This document shows, in pieces, positions 23,005 to 36,868 of a stretch of DNA of 64,000 nt. Under the pieces are notes generated by a model that worked only from the letters and a program-made list of their open reading frames with translations, did no database searches and was not told where the DNA came from. The number at the start of each line of letters is the position of its first letter. The first letter of the stretch is position 1. Source of the DNA: Saccostrea echinata (lineage: Eukaryota); assembly GCF_033153115.1 (NCBI RefSeq), contig NW_026889753.1, forward strand, positions 7,254,001-7,318,000, read 5' to 3'. The position numbers and the translations under genes were made by a program.

Positions 23005-23428
23005 ATATCAGATATGATAAAAAGAAGGCGCCCATACTTTATCAGCATTGGATAAACGACGCTCCAAAGACAGAGGACTCGGGTTGTGATGGTCACCGTG
23101 CTCATTCTGGGAAAGGATATCCTTATCCACCCATCCTATTGCCAAAATTTGGCCATTTCTGACAAATGGACTGTTCTTGCTATAAAAAACAAATTGCATG
23201 GTAAGAAATATAAGACAGGGGAAAATCTCTCAGCTTCTGTGAACAGAACGCCATGGAGCATGTCACTTGACCGCCTGGATCACGTGATTCGCGCATGGAC
23301 AGGACGGTGGCAGATGTGCATTAAAATCAGAGAGAACTACTTTAAACAATAATGAACACTAAAACCTAATTTTATTTCTTTTATGGAAGTAATCCAGTTA
23401 GTTCGTTACTTTTTGATCACCCCTTGTA
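23005..23428 (+). mobile_element. Decayed mariner transposase C-terminus plus right TIR
   Basis: ORF 23086..23352 HPSYCQNLAISD..IKNKLHGKKY..WTGRWQMCI...ENYF resembles mariner HPPYSPDLAPSD..LK..L.G.RF..W..RW.KC...GEYF; ends gttactttttgatcaccccttgTA. Confidence 0.8.
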
Positions 23429-24044
23429 CTATGAGTATGCATTCTTAAACAGAGAATATCATTGAATATATTGAAAAATCCTACTAACGGACTTCCATTT
23501 AACTTTTTATCAGTCATATTTAAACAAACATATGCTAGCTAGTGTTAAGTCAGCGCATGTTGACACACACAAAAAATTATATCAAGGTTGCTTTGCGTCG
23601 TGATTAAAAAATTATGCCATTTAAAGAAGTTGAAATATACAAAAAGTGCTACATGTATGCATCCCGCGTCAACGCAAATCGGTTCTGGTCATTAATTTTA
23701 ATGTACATTTAATTTGGTAAGAAAAAATATGAAAAGCCCCAACGGCACTTGCATTGGGCCAAAGATGCTTTCTAAATATATGTTAAAGTTTGACATGCAT
23801 TAATCTTTACTTATCAATTTCAGTTTTATACAGTCATTGGTTGAATGAGGAATCAGTCTAAGATAAGGTAATGAAAGTCTTCCTGTTTTCAATTTACCAT
23901 TTATATACTTGCATGTAGGCTGTGACAAGGCCACCTTTGTAATGATTACATAAAAAAGCCAGATATAATGTTTGCCTTAGATATAAACTTAAAATGATTC
24001 TTTTTTACTCAGCGGAGGCACGGACTGGTACATCAATGAAAAAG

Positions 24045-24230
24045 GTGAAGATAACAAACATTTATAAATCTTACAAGTACTATTTACAATTCAAATCGTA
24101 AACAGGGAAATAACACGCATCCTGGAAACACCAGAGGTTGTGGAACAGGGTGCCAAGGGAGGAAAAAAGCAATCTCTGCGACTGGTCACACCCGTGGTGA
24201 GCCCTCTGTATTCATAATGGAAACGTAGTA
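24045..24230 (-). mobile_element. Solo Penelope-like 3' terminus
   Basis: ggtgaagataacaaac...cctggaaacaccagaggt...ggtcacacccgtggtgagccc aligns with other copies. Confidence 0.7.
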
Positions 24231-27200
24231 TTAAACAGCTCCTTATGAAACCTTAAGGTATCATTTAAAAAAAGATACATAATTATAGGAAAAAATTAAA
24301 ATTGTGAACCAACTTAGAGAGTTTAACTGTAACATAAGAAACAAAACACAAGGAAAGAAAGATAAATAATATAGCTTTTTATAGAATTTTCAGCGTATGC
24401 AAGAATGAATGTATCACTAACAATTATTTGAGCATATCAATATTAACATATGCCTCCCCCGAATGCCCGACGATATTTTTTTGATATATATATATATAGT
24501 GTTTTTTCAACTACATTTCAATATTTAATTTTTGTTGTGTTAATAATGATCCTCTTGATATTTTCCTCTGACTTTGAACATGTATTATTTAATTCTTTTT
24601 TCTTTCTTTTTGTAATAATTTGTCGAAATGCGCATCTGGTGCATCAGAATTGGTACTTATATGACTTACATTATAATTTTTTTTTCTTTAATTGATGGGA
24701 GGTTACACAAAGGAACTAAACGTTTTTATATTGCAAACATTTAAATGATAATATATAGCTTTATTTTAGGGAGTAAATTATTGTTCATCTGTGCATGAAA
24801 GTATATTTTAAAAAAAAAACTTTATTCGACGCGTAAATGATTTTTCGTCAGCTACATGTTTATTTGCATTTATCTACAAATTGAAAGCTGCTCTCCTTTG
24901 TTTTTCTTACAGGAAACTTTACTCATAGTTTCCTTTTTCCTCAATATTTATATTTTTCTTGCCTTCCTCGTTTGTTGACCAAGTAACCACATTACTGTTG
25001 GCTTAAATTATAACAATCTATGAAGATTGAGGATGTCTCCTAAGGACATTGGCATGTGATCAGGTGTTTCCGGAGTAAAAAGGTTTAATACATGGTTTTT
25101 TTTCACTTATAAAATAGTGATTGAGAGTGATCTCCCGTGTAGAATTCTCTAAGCGGTGAAAACCAATAAAGCGTATGTTACACGGGTAAACAAAAGCACG
25201 TGTACTTCCTTCAACGGGTAGAATCATCTATACAGCAAGAAAGAAAAGTAGTAATGGCTTGTCGTACATTGTATTAAACCTACTTAAGAGTTCTTGAAAA
25301 ATTCTACGCGATAACCAGGAACCTTGTCAATGTCCTTAATATGGTCAAGTTATTTACTTAGTATCTAAATAGTCATATAGTCACTTCGTTTTTGGTGATT
25401 AAATTGGTTCTTATCTTAATATTCTGGCTTATGGAAGACATAAATATTTATTAACAGCGCTATTATAACAAACCACCATCTTTTTTCATCTGTAGATTTG
25501 ATTTACTCATGGTCACTTAATTATGCTGATTTTTAAAGTAACAGTATCGTTTGCTTTCTCACATTAAAGTCATTAACTCGTTTTAAATGTGTTTATCTAC
25601 AAATATATATATTTTTTTAAATTGAAATTTTAGGGAAAGGTATATGAAAAAGAAGAATAAATCATAGTTTGTATTAAAAAAAAAAAACTGATACGGAAGA
25701 TCTCTTTCCAGATAGGATCTTGCGTTTGTACATTTCTAGCAGTATTAGTAAACCATTCAGTCTTATTCAGACACTGCATTGTAAGCTTTCTTTGAAAATA
25801 GCCCTTTTCATTAACAAACGGAAGTTTAGGGTGAAAACATTATATTGGTAACATTTTAAAAAAGGACATTTCATGTCTCAAAACGACTCTGCCTTGCAAA
25901 TATGTTTTAAATATATACATGAATTTAAATCAATTTCACGTCATGTCATCTTTAGCGGAAGTGATTTGTATAATTGTAAGTCAGATTCAATGAAATTAGT
26001 TATGCCTCCTCCTTCCTTTACCTCCACACAACATAAACACCATATATGTTGAAAATGTATTTTATTGATCAAATAAGTCTTGATCAACCATCTAAACATG
26101 TAATAGGAACAAATAAAAATATCTACCAAAACATTCCTAAGACTACATACAATTGTCGAGTTCACACAAATAAGCAATACAAAAGAACTGACAAAATGTA
26201 ATCAAGTACTTCAAAACAAAAACATTCAAAAGTTTTACTTCTTCTTCATACAATGGTTATATTTAACAAAAAACAGACAGACAGACGAGCAAATTTATAA
26301 ATCTAAAATACATATCCATTACCAACATTCATGCCAGTCGAGAAAAAATATAAAATGAATTAAAGAGGTTACTACTGTGTTTCATTTATACCTTTGAATT
26401 AAAAGAAATAAAGATTTCATTGGTGGAGACACGAATCAATTACTAGGCGAGAGATTGGCAATAAACTGCCGTTGGCTCGTTTACATACAGCGAACATGCG
26501 GTCGTTTGTCAGCTAAGTGTTATGATTAACCTATCTGTATTATGGTAGACAGTTCAAGGAGTCATATAGCCTACTCTTCCTCTCTTAATTTTTTTTTGGT
26601 ATGTACAATGGATGTGTTTTAATGAATTATTTATTTATTTTTACATAAATACAATAGCATTAGTTTGATGAAGTGATCCTGATAAAGATGTTTACACTTT
26701 GGTGTATAAAATCTCCTCCGTGTTTGTGAAAAGGGCCCGCCGACCTTTTAGGGTTAATAGAATGTTTTTCCTCATTCTTTTACAAGCTTTATTTCTTCCT
26801 TTACTTTGTTTTGACTTGATGGTCTACAATAACAAACGATATAAATATGCACTAATTCACTGATTCACCTTGAGTTAAACAATATTACCTCAACTTCAGT
26901 GCATTTCAAAAAAAAAAAAAAAATCTGATTTCTTCCTCCTATTTAGGGTGCCATTTCTCTGTACATCGATTATAAGCGTCATGCTTTGACAGTGCCAATG
27001 CATTCAACGTATTATGTATATCATTTCTTACCGAGTTTCAGCAACAAAGTCAAAGAGTTTACTTTTTTTATATAAAGTCATAGGAGCTTATATTTTTTCA
27101 TATTAAGAGAGTTTTTAGTTTGTCCTTCCGTCGATTTGTCTGTCCGGACGTGTACTAATATTTGATGCATGCATGTTTGTGAATACATTCAATAAAGATA

Positions 27201-27943
27201 AGGTAAACTAAATCATTGCGGGGTGGAGATGAATTTTAAAATTGATTTTGAAATACAATTGCCAAAAACAAATTAAATTTATATATTAAAAAAAAACATT
27301 CTAAAGTGACACCGTATGTCACTGGTTTCTTTAGCAACGATGCGACCTTATTACAGATTAGATTTGGAGGGGGAGGGGATTTTGAAAGTATTGTTACTTT
27401 GTGTTCCTCTGTATAATGTATGAATTCTATCTGCTAATCTGTTTCTAACATTTTCTCCCTCTCATATTTGTATACTCATATTGTATTCGTATAATAGTTA
27501 AAATATTAGTAAACATGAAACATATTCAACTCCCAAACAACTCACACTGTACTCATTATTCGAAGTATTTAAATGGCGGTATCAACATAAACATTTAATA
27601 TGATGTGCATCCTTATGAAGCAGCGTTAAACATCGTCTGTTCTTTTCTTATACAGTTCAGTTACAAGTTCATTTTGTCGAAAAAAAAATACAGGAATATT
27701 AGGTGTTGATATGTATGATTTCCTATATTGTTTGTGATATTATTCATAATATATAACCAATACTGTAAATTATTGATATATTTATTTGATATGAAAACTA
27801 ATCATTTGCTTTCAAAATCTGCTGTGAACAAACAAACAAAAATCACTCGATAATGATACGCATTGTTACTGAATAATAACCATAGTAAAGACAACAATTT
27901 TAAGGTAACAAAATTGTTACATAATTTTTCAGATCATCATTTA

Positions 27944-28049
27944 TATTAAGGAAATGTAACAACAGTTCTCAAGCTGTGTTTCAATCAGACATTGCTTATT
28001 AAGGAAATGTAACAACAGTTCTCAAGCTGTGTTTCAGTCAGACATTGCT
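27944..28049. repeat. 53-bp tandem duplication
   Basis: tattaaggaaatgtaacaacagttctcaagctgtgtttca(a/g)tcagacattgct twice. Confidence 0.95.
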
Positions 28050-29688
28050 GGTTACTGGTTCCTCCCACGCACCAGTATAGATCAACCTCAGTCACAGCAG
28101 GAATTGGTCAACATATCCTTTTACTGTGTCTGCTTCAAGTTTGGGTCTCTTGTCCCTTGCGTTGAATAGTGGTATTTCATGCTGCAGAAAACAACGTTTT
28201 TATGTCGGTGTAGCTAGTTGGCCTGTTTACGCTCCAGTGATTGGACACATCAGGGCTGAATTGTGCATACTTTCCACATTTATAGTTATTTCCCTCATCG
28301 CTTCTTTCCCTTTGTTGCTGTCTGTTGCAAATCATGGATGTATTTTACTTTCTCTGCGATCATCTTTAAGATATTTGTCACTTTCATGGCTTCCGAAAAT
28401 TTTGCTGCCATTTCCCTGGTATTTTTTGAATGACCGGTACCGTTAACTTGACGTCAAGTAAAGCTTTTGTGTAGCTGAACCGAAATGAAGTCCCTTTTAT
28501 ACCTGTGTGGTAATAAGGAAAGGATCTCATTGGTCGAGTGAGGAATCAATTAGACCAAAGCAGATATATGCCATTGTAATGTTTAATTGTTGTTGGTTTG
28601 TTAACATTATTTTCAGCTGTTTATATCCGCGTTACTGTATACTAATTAATATGTTATGCTTCACTACTTCGTATTTTGAAGTATATATCTAAGTACTCTA
28701 TTAGTCTACATGTCATTGAATATTTATAATATTCTTTTTAATAATTAAATAAAATCAGGCTTCTTAACTTAACAATGTATATTCCTTTTTTTCATTCTTT
28801 CTTTTTTGAGGTTTTTCTTCTGCAGGCATGCTATCGGAGCAATGTTAGGACAAAGATATATCTTAATAGAGATATCATCTAGTCCTAAGTGAGGTCATCG
28901 AATCTTTCATAACTTAAACATATGCTAGGATTTCTCATAAAGTTAGGACATTGCAAGACTTGTCATGAAATGAACTTAAGAGACTCCAAATTTTGTGCAA
29001 CCGTTTATTTCCTGTCAGACACGTGTTGGGGGGTCTTCCCTTTACTTTTTCCCTTATTTCCTTTATTATTTTTATTTTTTTGTTTACCCCCTCCTCCTCC
29101 TTTTACAAATTATATCGACTCATGGAAAGTCTTCTATTTCACGCCTCAGAAAGTTTAACAGGAACGTTTTTTTTTGTTTGTCAGGCATTATCTGGCTGAC
29201 CCCCACTCCACTTCGCCAAAGCTAAGTTAAGGATGACATTTACTCGTGGATTCAGATTAAAGAAATGGAATACTATGAAGTACAATATGTTAAATCAAAA
29301 ATTGTTCTATATGGACAAAATAACCAAGTATAAATAAAATTCAATTTGAAAATTTTATATTTTATTATTTGAAGAAAATATGCAAGAACAAAAGTAAAAT
29401 ATATGGTGGTGCAGAGAAAATCGGACTAAATTTTGATTTTTCATCTTTATCACAAAACGTTTTTCTTGCAATATCATTCACAAAGTGAAGATTCTATGAT
29501 ATGTGTTTTTAACATCATTTTGCAAATATTATGTGTATTAAAGCTCATGTATTTTTTTTTTTATAATTGAATGACATGCAATGAAGAATTTCAGAAATAT
29601 GAACAAAAACCATTCCAGACAGCATATCTTAATAATTTGATCATTGACCTCATATAAATTTTTCTACCCGCAAAATAAGGGCAACAAA

Positions 29689-30194
29689 AACAAGCATTCT
29701 GAGAGTATTGCATTAGCAATACTAGTCCCCTACCGGCAAGTGTAATCTGGTTCCCGTTAAAAATTGAAAATGCCATAATTCCGTCAAAATCAATGAAGCA
29801 GAACGAAATGCAAACTTGATCTATAACTAATCAAGGTAAAGTCACATACAAAAATCAGCTCAATATCTGCAAGCGTTTAGGAAAAAAGTGCGGAAAACCC
29901 TGGAAAATTGAGAAGTTCGTAATTCCGTCAAAAATCATTGAAGCGGAACGAAATGCAAACTTGATCTGTAACTCATCAAGATACACTCACATACCAAAAA
30001 TCAGCTCAATATCTGCAAGCGTTTAGAAGAAAATTGCGGAAAACCAAGTGGGACAGACTGACAGACAGACAGAGGGACAGACGGACAGACGGACAGACGG
30101 ACGGACAGACAGACAGACAGCTAGACAGACAGACGGACGGACAGACTCAGAGGAAACCTATAGTCCCCTCCGGTTTCACCGGTAGGGGACTAAT
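29689..30194 (+). mobile_element. Second HINE/pearl-type element with two ~144-bp core repeats
   Basis: 5' AACAAG, subterminal tagtcccctaccgg; cores at 29777 and 29921; (GACA/GACG)n 30052-30146; 3' palindrome tagtcccctccggtttcaccggtaggggacta. Confidence 0.88.
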
Positions 30195-31076
30195 AAAATA
30201 GAGTTATAAGTAATTTAGAGTTCTTATCATTCAGATTTTTGTAATATTAGATTAAAAATTGGTAAAAATCAGAAAATTGACAGAGGAAATTCGGACTGGA
30301 ATAATGAAAAAGTTTATGGCTCAAAGTCTAATTGTTTATTTAAATGTAGCAAAACTATGCCGTTCCTATTATATTTTGTTATCTTAAGAGTTTTGTTGCT
30401 TGTTATGTTTGTGAAATAAAGAAATATTGGTCGAAGTGTGAAAAATTGAGCAATTTCCGAGAAATTCTAAGGGGCCACTAGCATGAAAAGTAGGTCATTG
30501 ACCTAGTTATATTTAAAAGGGAATAATAACACAAAAATCATAGGTGTACAATAGGCGATTTTTCATTCTTATCTGTGAAATTTTTTGTCATCTGAGTAAA
30601 CGTTATCCTTAAAGAAAAAGACTTATTTGATTAGTCATAAAAAGATTATTTGTCAGTCATTTTGTTAATTTTATAAAATTTATTTAATTTATTGTCTAGG
30701 TACATTTAAATTTTATATATAAATATACAAATATATTGTTTATCATTTTAAAAGAGAGAGAAAGGGAGAGGGGAAGAGAAAGACATTCCATTAATTCATT
30801 TATAAGATAAGAAAAAATCTTAGAATACAGGATTAGACAATTGTTTTACGAATACCCATGTCTTATTTAATTTTACAAGTTATTAAGAAAATTACCAATC
30901 AATATTTTTCTTTATTATATAAACATAGTCTGTACATATAAACATAGTCTGTTACAATATTTAAGAATTATCTTAAGAATAATCCTAAGTCTATCCTTGT
31001 TAGGACATTTCTAACAGAGCTTCTGTGTCTATCTTAAATAAATATGAGGGGCTGTTTTGGTATTTACTGTCATTAA

Positions 31077-31636
31077 AGGGGCCTGGACACAGTTGCATTG
31101 TACACAATACCAAAGTTCTATTTTATTTAAAAAAATTCAGATTAATGAATTGAACTTGCATGAATATCCTTGGAATACAATGACAACGACATTCTTCATA
31201 ACAACACGTCAAACATCGTGTTTGTAAACAGGACACGAGCTCAGTTATTGTTAATGTTAACGTTTTACCTGGTTTGTTTAATTTGGTTACTCTGTACACA
31301 TCACCGAGCACGGACAGACAATACTGGTGAGTTAGTTTTGCTTTTTTCACATTTCTACTCTTGATTTTCCGGATTATAGTTTGGACATTTTTTAATAAAA
31401 CACAATAAAATTTCTACTCTTTAAGTATTAAGGAAAAAGTCTACTTTCGTGAAAGTGAAAAATATGTGTCAATCAGACGCGTCCCGCAATTCATAGTTTT
31501 AATAATTTCCAGATAAAAGAAGTTCTAAACACGCTTTTATTGTATTTTGGTGTGAAATGCTTTGTCAATATATAAGTCATGATATTTTACCGAAATTTTG
31601 AGAAAATATTAACTTCAAATCATTGTCAAAGCCCCT
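31077..31636. mobile_element. Kolobok-like MITE
   Basis: TTAA|AGGGGCCTGGACA ... TGTCAAAGCCCCT|TTAC: imperfect TIR, RR..YY ends, TTAA-type target. Confidence 0.6.
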
Positions 31637-31640
31637 TTAC

Positions 31641-31815
31641 GTGATATTACCTACTAAATTTGTGATATCACCTATTCGAATTGGTGATATGATCTATTCA
31701 GCTTTTGAATTGATGATATCACTTATTCGAATAGGTGATATCACCTATTCGATTTGAATTAGTGATACCACCAATCGTAAAAGTGATATCACCTATTTCG
31801 AATCGAATAAGTGAA
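31641..31815. repeat. ~21-bp palindromic minisatellite (GTGATATCACCTATTCGAATT-like)
   Basis: About 7 degenerate units. Confidence 0.75.
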
Positions 31816-31819
31816 GACA

Positions 31820-32495
31820 AGCTGAAGAAATGAATAGTGATCAATCTTATAAAAATCTAAAAACAATACAATTAGTGAGCAGAGCATAAATCACGGACCC
31901 ATGGAAATTCCAGAGATGGGACAGGTAATTGGGAGGAGTAAGCATCTCCTGTTGACCGGTCATACCCGCCGTGAGCCCTATGTACATGTATTGATCAGGT
32001 AGACGAAACATTCCATGGTCAAATTTAGTATAAAACAAAGGCTTTACAATCAATATGAAACACAACAGTCCAAATACGACCCAGTGATAGGTTATGTTTG
32101 CTAACACGGCAATTCTAACGACCATAGAATTTACGAAATGCTGACTTAAAACGAACTTTTTAAATCCCTGTTACATCAACTTATCTGTCAATAGCTTGCC
32201 TTGGATTAAAAATTGATCGTTCTCAGAGAATGCTCTTAAAAATGGAATAAGCTAGGAAACGTAAACATCTTATGCATGTGATTGCAGAAAATTACTACAT
32301 AAATAAGGAAAGTGGACGATGGAAAAGCTGAAGTCATCTCGTTTGTTATACAATTTAGTTATTAATTGTCCCCTATTGGCTATAGTCAGTGAAATATCCA
32401 AATATAAACGGGTGTGGCAGACTCTGTGGTGTCTTTTATTTTAATTTCACTGGGATATATCGTGTCGACATATGAATGGAAGTAACTATTGATAG
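31820..32495 (-). mobile_element. Penelope-like (Naiad) 3' fragment
   Basis: Aligns with 20155-20440 and 45268-45930. Confidence 0.8.
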
Positions 32496-32761
32496 TATCG
32501 AGTTTTATCTTTCCTTTTTGGACCTCTTTCTTAAGGCGCTTACTCTACATAAAGAATGGACATTTCAAGTCCATACTATTGCAATTTCTTTAGCGACAGT
32601 GAAGATCATTCTTTGTTTAGAATTGCAATATCGGTGCATTGGATTTGTTTTCTTTCTAGTGTGCATATAATTTAATTTTACACTTAGTGAAAGGTTTTCT
32701 TTTAAATATTGCAACATTGAAAAAGAAGTGTAACATTTTATCAACGTATGTATTTTTGTTG

Positions 32762-32983
32762 AACTTTAGATTCCCTATTTTACGCGAGTACTTAATATCG
32801 CGAAATAACTCTTAGACGTCCAATAGCGAGAACAATAAATCGCAATTGGAGGGTTGATCAGGAGATTTTACATTGACTTCAGAACCATAAGATTAAGAGT
32901 AGGTAATTTTTATTTAGCGAGTGGTGCTTCTCGCGAAAATGCGCGATAATTAGTTCCTCGCGTATATTTAGGAATCTACAGTA
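32762..32983. mobile_element. Tc1/mariner-type MITE
   Basis: ~40-bp imperfect TIR: actttagattccctattttacgcgagtacttaatatcgcg / cgcgataattagttcctcgcgtatatttaggaatctacagTA. Confidence 0.7.
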
Positions 32984-34829
32984 TTTAGGCTATCTGGCCT
33001 GATTGAATTTGTAATACTCAGAAAAAAAAATAGGTTACGTCAGATAAGGTAACTGTTTTTTTAGGGTAATCGGACTACTCATTATTATTATCAGACTCCC
33101 ATGGGTCAGGTGTTGGAAAGGGAGAACAAACAAATGACGTTCGAAGCTCTGTTTTGACTATGTTAAATGGGTTTACCTTATTAGATCAATTCATTTTATC
33201 TACACATGAAATTCAACAGGTGGATAAAACATTTACTACATAATGATAGATAGCTTTGTGTTAAATAGTTTGTGTCGGGAACTTAATTTGCCTAAATCCA
33301 ATACTAGTATTCAAACCTAAAGCTCTACATGCAAAATTGTCTTAAATACTCAGGCAAACCTTCTGGTTATAGAGTATTAATGCTGGAATTCATTTTTTGC
33401 TTTTTAAAAAAGATTTAAAGCATATATGGTTTTAACTGAATTTTTATGACACTGAAACTATCTAATGTCACAAACGACTGAAATACTTTTAGGAAAAATA
33501 CATCAGTATAAATATCAATCGTGATTTTTTGTTCAAAGTTATTTTTGTTAAAAGGATTTATTGCAAAAGTTTTTGATTTCTGTGAAATGAAAAGCACGTA
33601 TTCACTCCTTCATACAACCTAGAGACAAAAAGAGAAACAACTCGTGCATCCTTGCTTTGAGATAGGTTTGAGTACTTCCTCTTTCTAAAATCACTGTGGT
33701 TAAAACGAGGTATATCAGTTATTATGAATTTTCTGTATGTAAACATTTGTTTCAAAATGACCAGTTAATTGCGGTCATTATGAACGAGTAACAAATTTAA
33801 AAATGTCATCTTGATTTTCTTTTTACCTTGTAGTAGAAAAAAAAGAATATACTTGAATATACTATGCTTTAAATAGAATTAATTCATTCTAGATAATTAT
33901 CTCATTTATAGATTTACGTTGACAAACGTACATTCTGTATATCTTGTAATCTTCTTTTTTTCAGTTGACATAACTAAATGATAAAAGATATTTCGATCAA
34001 GTGATATGTTTTATATTTAATATTGCATGTATTAATATTGAGAAATCAATGTGTATTTCAATGATACTATCTGCTTGACCTCTATATATGAAAATGCTAA
34101 CATATATAGGCTTTTGAAAAGCTTTTCATATAATGTTAGAATATTATTATATGAATGTGTTGCAGGGTATGAATAGCTGTTAACAGCAACAGAAACTAAA
34201 TGCATACTAAGTTTTAAATAGAGTATAATTTAATTTTGGTCGTAACAAGACATTAGGTAAGTAAAAAAAATAGTTTGTACCGTATACCGCGTGTGACCTA
34301 CGATCCGTAAAACATTTCAATCACTTAAAGTCTTTTTTCAAAGAAATTGTCTATTTTACATTAAATGATATAAAATCAAATATAAGTAAATTTTAAGCTT
34401 CTCAAGTTATACTTGTATTACCTAAGTTTAAACAGTTTACGCATTTTTTATAAACCGCTTCTTTATCTAGAGAGCATGGCCTCATTCAAGTTATACAGTG
34501 AAACAAGTGTAACCATTAAAATGATTTCTTAAATCATACTTCATATATTTATTACTCTTTCTAAAAAGTATATAAGTTGATAAGAATGCGTGGTTATTCT
34601 TTAAAAATAATGTACATAAAGATTATAATTCATGAAGGTTAAACTGTCGGTCGAGAATCAAAAATCGAATATCTTCCCTTATTTATGTAGTACATGTAAC
34701 TTCCATCATCACCTGTATATGGTGTTTTTGTCTCTCAGCTGATTCGATACGCAAAGGCGTTTTAAAACCGAGGCAGGTTGCTGACAAACATATTGATGTT
34801 ACAAGACTTTCAACAATCTCGTTTAATGT

Positions 34830-35115
34830 CAGCAGTTTGCAAATTATATGGTGGTTATAGTGGTTCTCGTTTGTAAATATATTCATACCAATTGTTATGT
34901 CATTGTTTTTTTATGCTGATTCTAACTACTTTACTCCGTTTACCTGACTAATACAGAGGTCTCACGGTAAGTGTGACCGGTGGACAGGAGATGCTAATTC
35001 CACCTCGACATCTGATCCAATTTCTGATGTTTCCAGTAGTCGGTGTTTTTGCCCTGTTCACAATTTGTATTGATTAAAGGATTTATGAGATCAATCACTG
35101 TTCGATATCTTCAAC
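34830..35115 (+). mobile_element. Penelope-like 3' fragment
   Basis: ctcacggtaagtgtgaccggtggacaggagatgc...gatcaatcactgttcgatatcttca. Confidence 0.75.
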
Positions 35116-36134
35116 TTTTTTCAATTTTTTAATAATCATATGAAAGTTTTTATATTAGCTTGCATTCCTTTATTTCTCTATCTCGTTAAAAAGGTTAGGG
35201 AGAGAGATTTAATTAATGATAAAGTTTAAACATGATCATAATTAAATGCATATCTGAAGAAGAAAAAGAATTTCTTTACTTTGATCATATATTAGGAATT
35301 AATCATCAACGATGATTATTGTAATGTGTATATTAATAACTTATTTTTATTTCTTTGCCACAATTAGTGATCTTATGTTGTATAACCATTATTCAAGGTG
35401 TGAAAATTCAGAAGCTTGATTTCACCAGATGACAAAAGCATACATTACTATAAAGTTCACATAGCATGTCTGAAAGATGTTTTTATTTTACAATCGATTG
35501 AAAGCATTGAAAGTTTCTTTACTTTTAACAGCAACACAAAATCTTCTTAGTTATTTCAAGTAAAGAAACTTATTTAAGAAATATCAAGTAAAGAATCGCA
35601 AAAGTTAAAATGAGTAAAAGTTTAATTAAAGAACCTAATGTAAAGAACATGTATAAAATCTTAAGTTATGAACCTAATGTATGAAATGAATGTTGGCATC
35701 TGAAGACTGAGACTTTTTCTCTCGACAGTAAAGATACATGTATACTTTTTTAAAAGACTTCTTTCATACAAAAAATTGTTTGTTTTAGATAAAATGAATC
35801 ATGCACTCATCAGATCCTGCTAGTTGTTTATGAATGAATCTCTTTATTTTCATAGGTATTAAATAAGTATTCTCTAATTTTTATTCTCAAATTTATGAAA
35901 ATAAAGAAGACTGAGATCTTACAGTATCAACATTTTTCTCATTTCAAACGGTTCCAAGTACCAACCATTCAACACCATTATGACCATACTGATAATTTTT
36001 TGCAAACATTTTATACTTGGCAAGACTCGAGCGTACATTAAGGACACGCATTTAAGATACGTACTTTATTTTATATACTTCATATGTATAATAAGTTGAG
36101 ATCTATCTTTTTACTTGTAAATAACGCATTATCA

Positions 36135-36330
36135 TTGTCAGAAGTCAATTCAAACAGTGTAATTATGAGCAGAGCGACACGGACCTCTAAAAATCAGAGG
36201 TTGGGAAAAGTACCTTGGAGGACTAAATAAGCATCCCCTGTCAACCAGGCACATCTGCAGTGTGTTTCTTGCCATGATCGGGTGAACAGAAAAAAATGTA
36301 GACAATTCAAAATAATGGCCTAACATTTTG
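36135..36330 (-). mobile_element. Solo Penelope-like 3' terminus
   Basis: gacacggacctctaaaaatcagaggttggg...agcatcccctgtcaacc. Confidence 0.7.
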
Positions 36331-36868
36331 TAACATATTGTAATGCAGTATACTTTGTCCTTAACTTGGCCCCTCTTTCCAGATTCACCTTGCCAACATT
36401 ACATACCAAATAGGCTGATTGAGTAGCGTATAAAGTAACAACTTGGTACAGAAAGGTTTCTGAACTTTTAAACACTCCTTATTAGATAGATAAACATACG
36501 TTCTGAACATTAGACCTGCATAAAAGATTTAAGCCTGTGTCCAGAAAAGTGTCTGTATGTTATATTTTATCAAAGGGTAAATAAAATAAAAATACGGTGA
36601 TACTTCTGCAGATAAAAAGCTTGGTCTTATTTCAGTAAAGTAAGTTTAATGACTGTTCAAAAGAGGGATAACATTTTTATCAATGATTTGTGGTCAAGTT
36701 CAAGCTGAATCGGAACCCCTGTATTGAGGGCTTGACCTGAGGGAGAGGACTGATATTTATATTCTTCCAAGCCTAATCACCTCATTTTTCAACTTCTATT
36801 TTGTTTAGATAAAAAAAGGTCGGAGACTTTAACTACTTCGCTAATCAAATATATCCTCGACGGTACTA

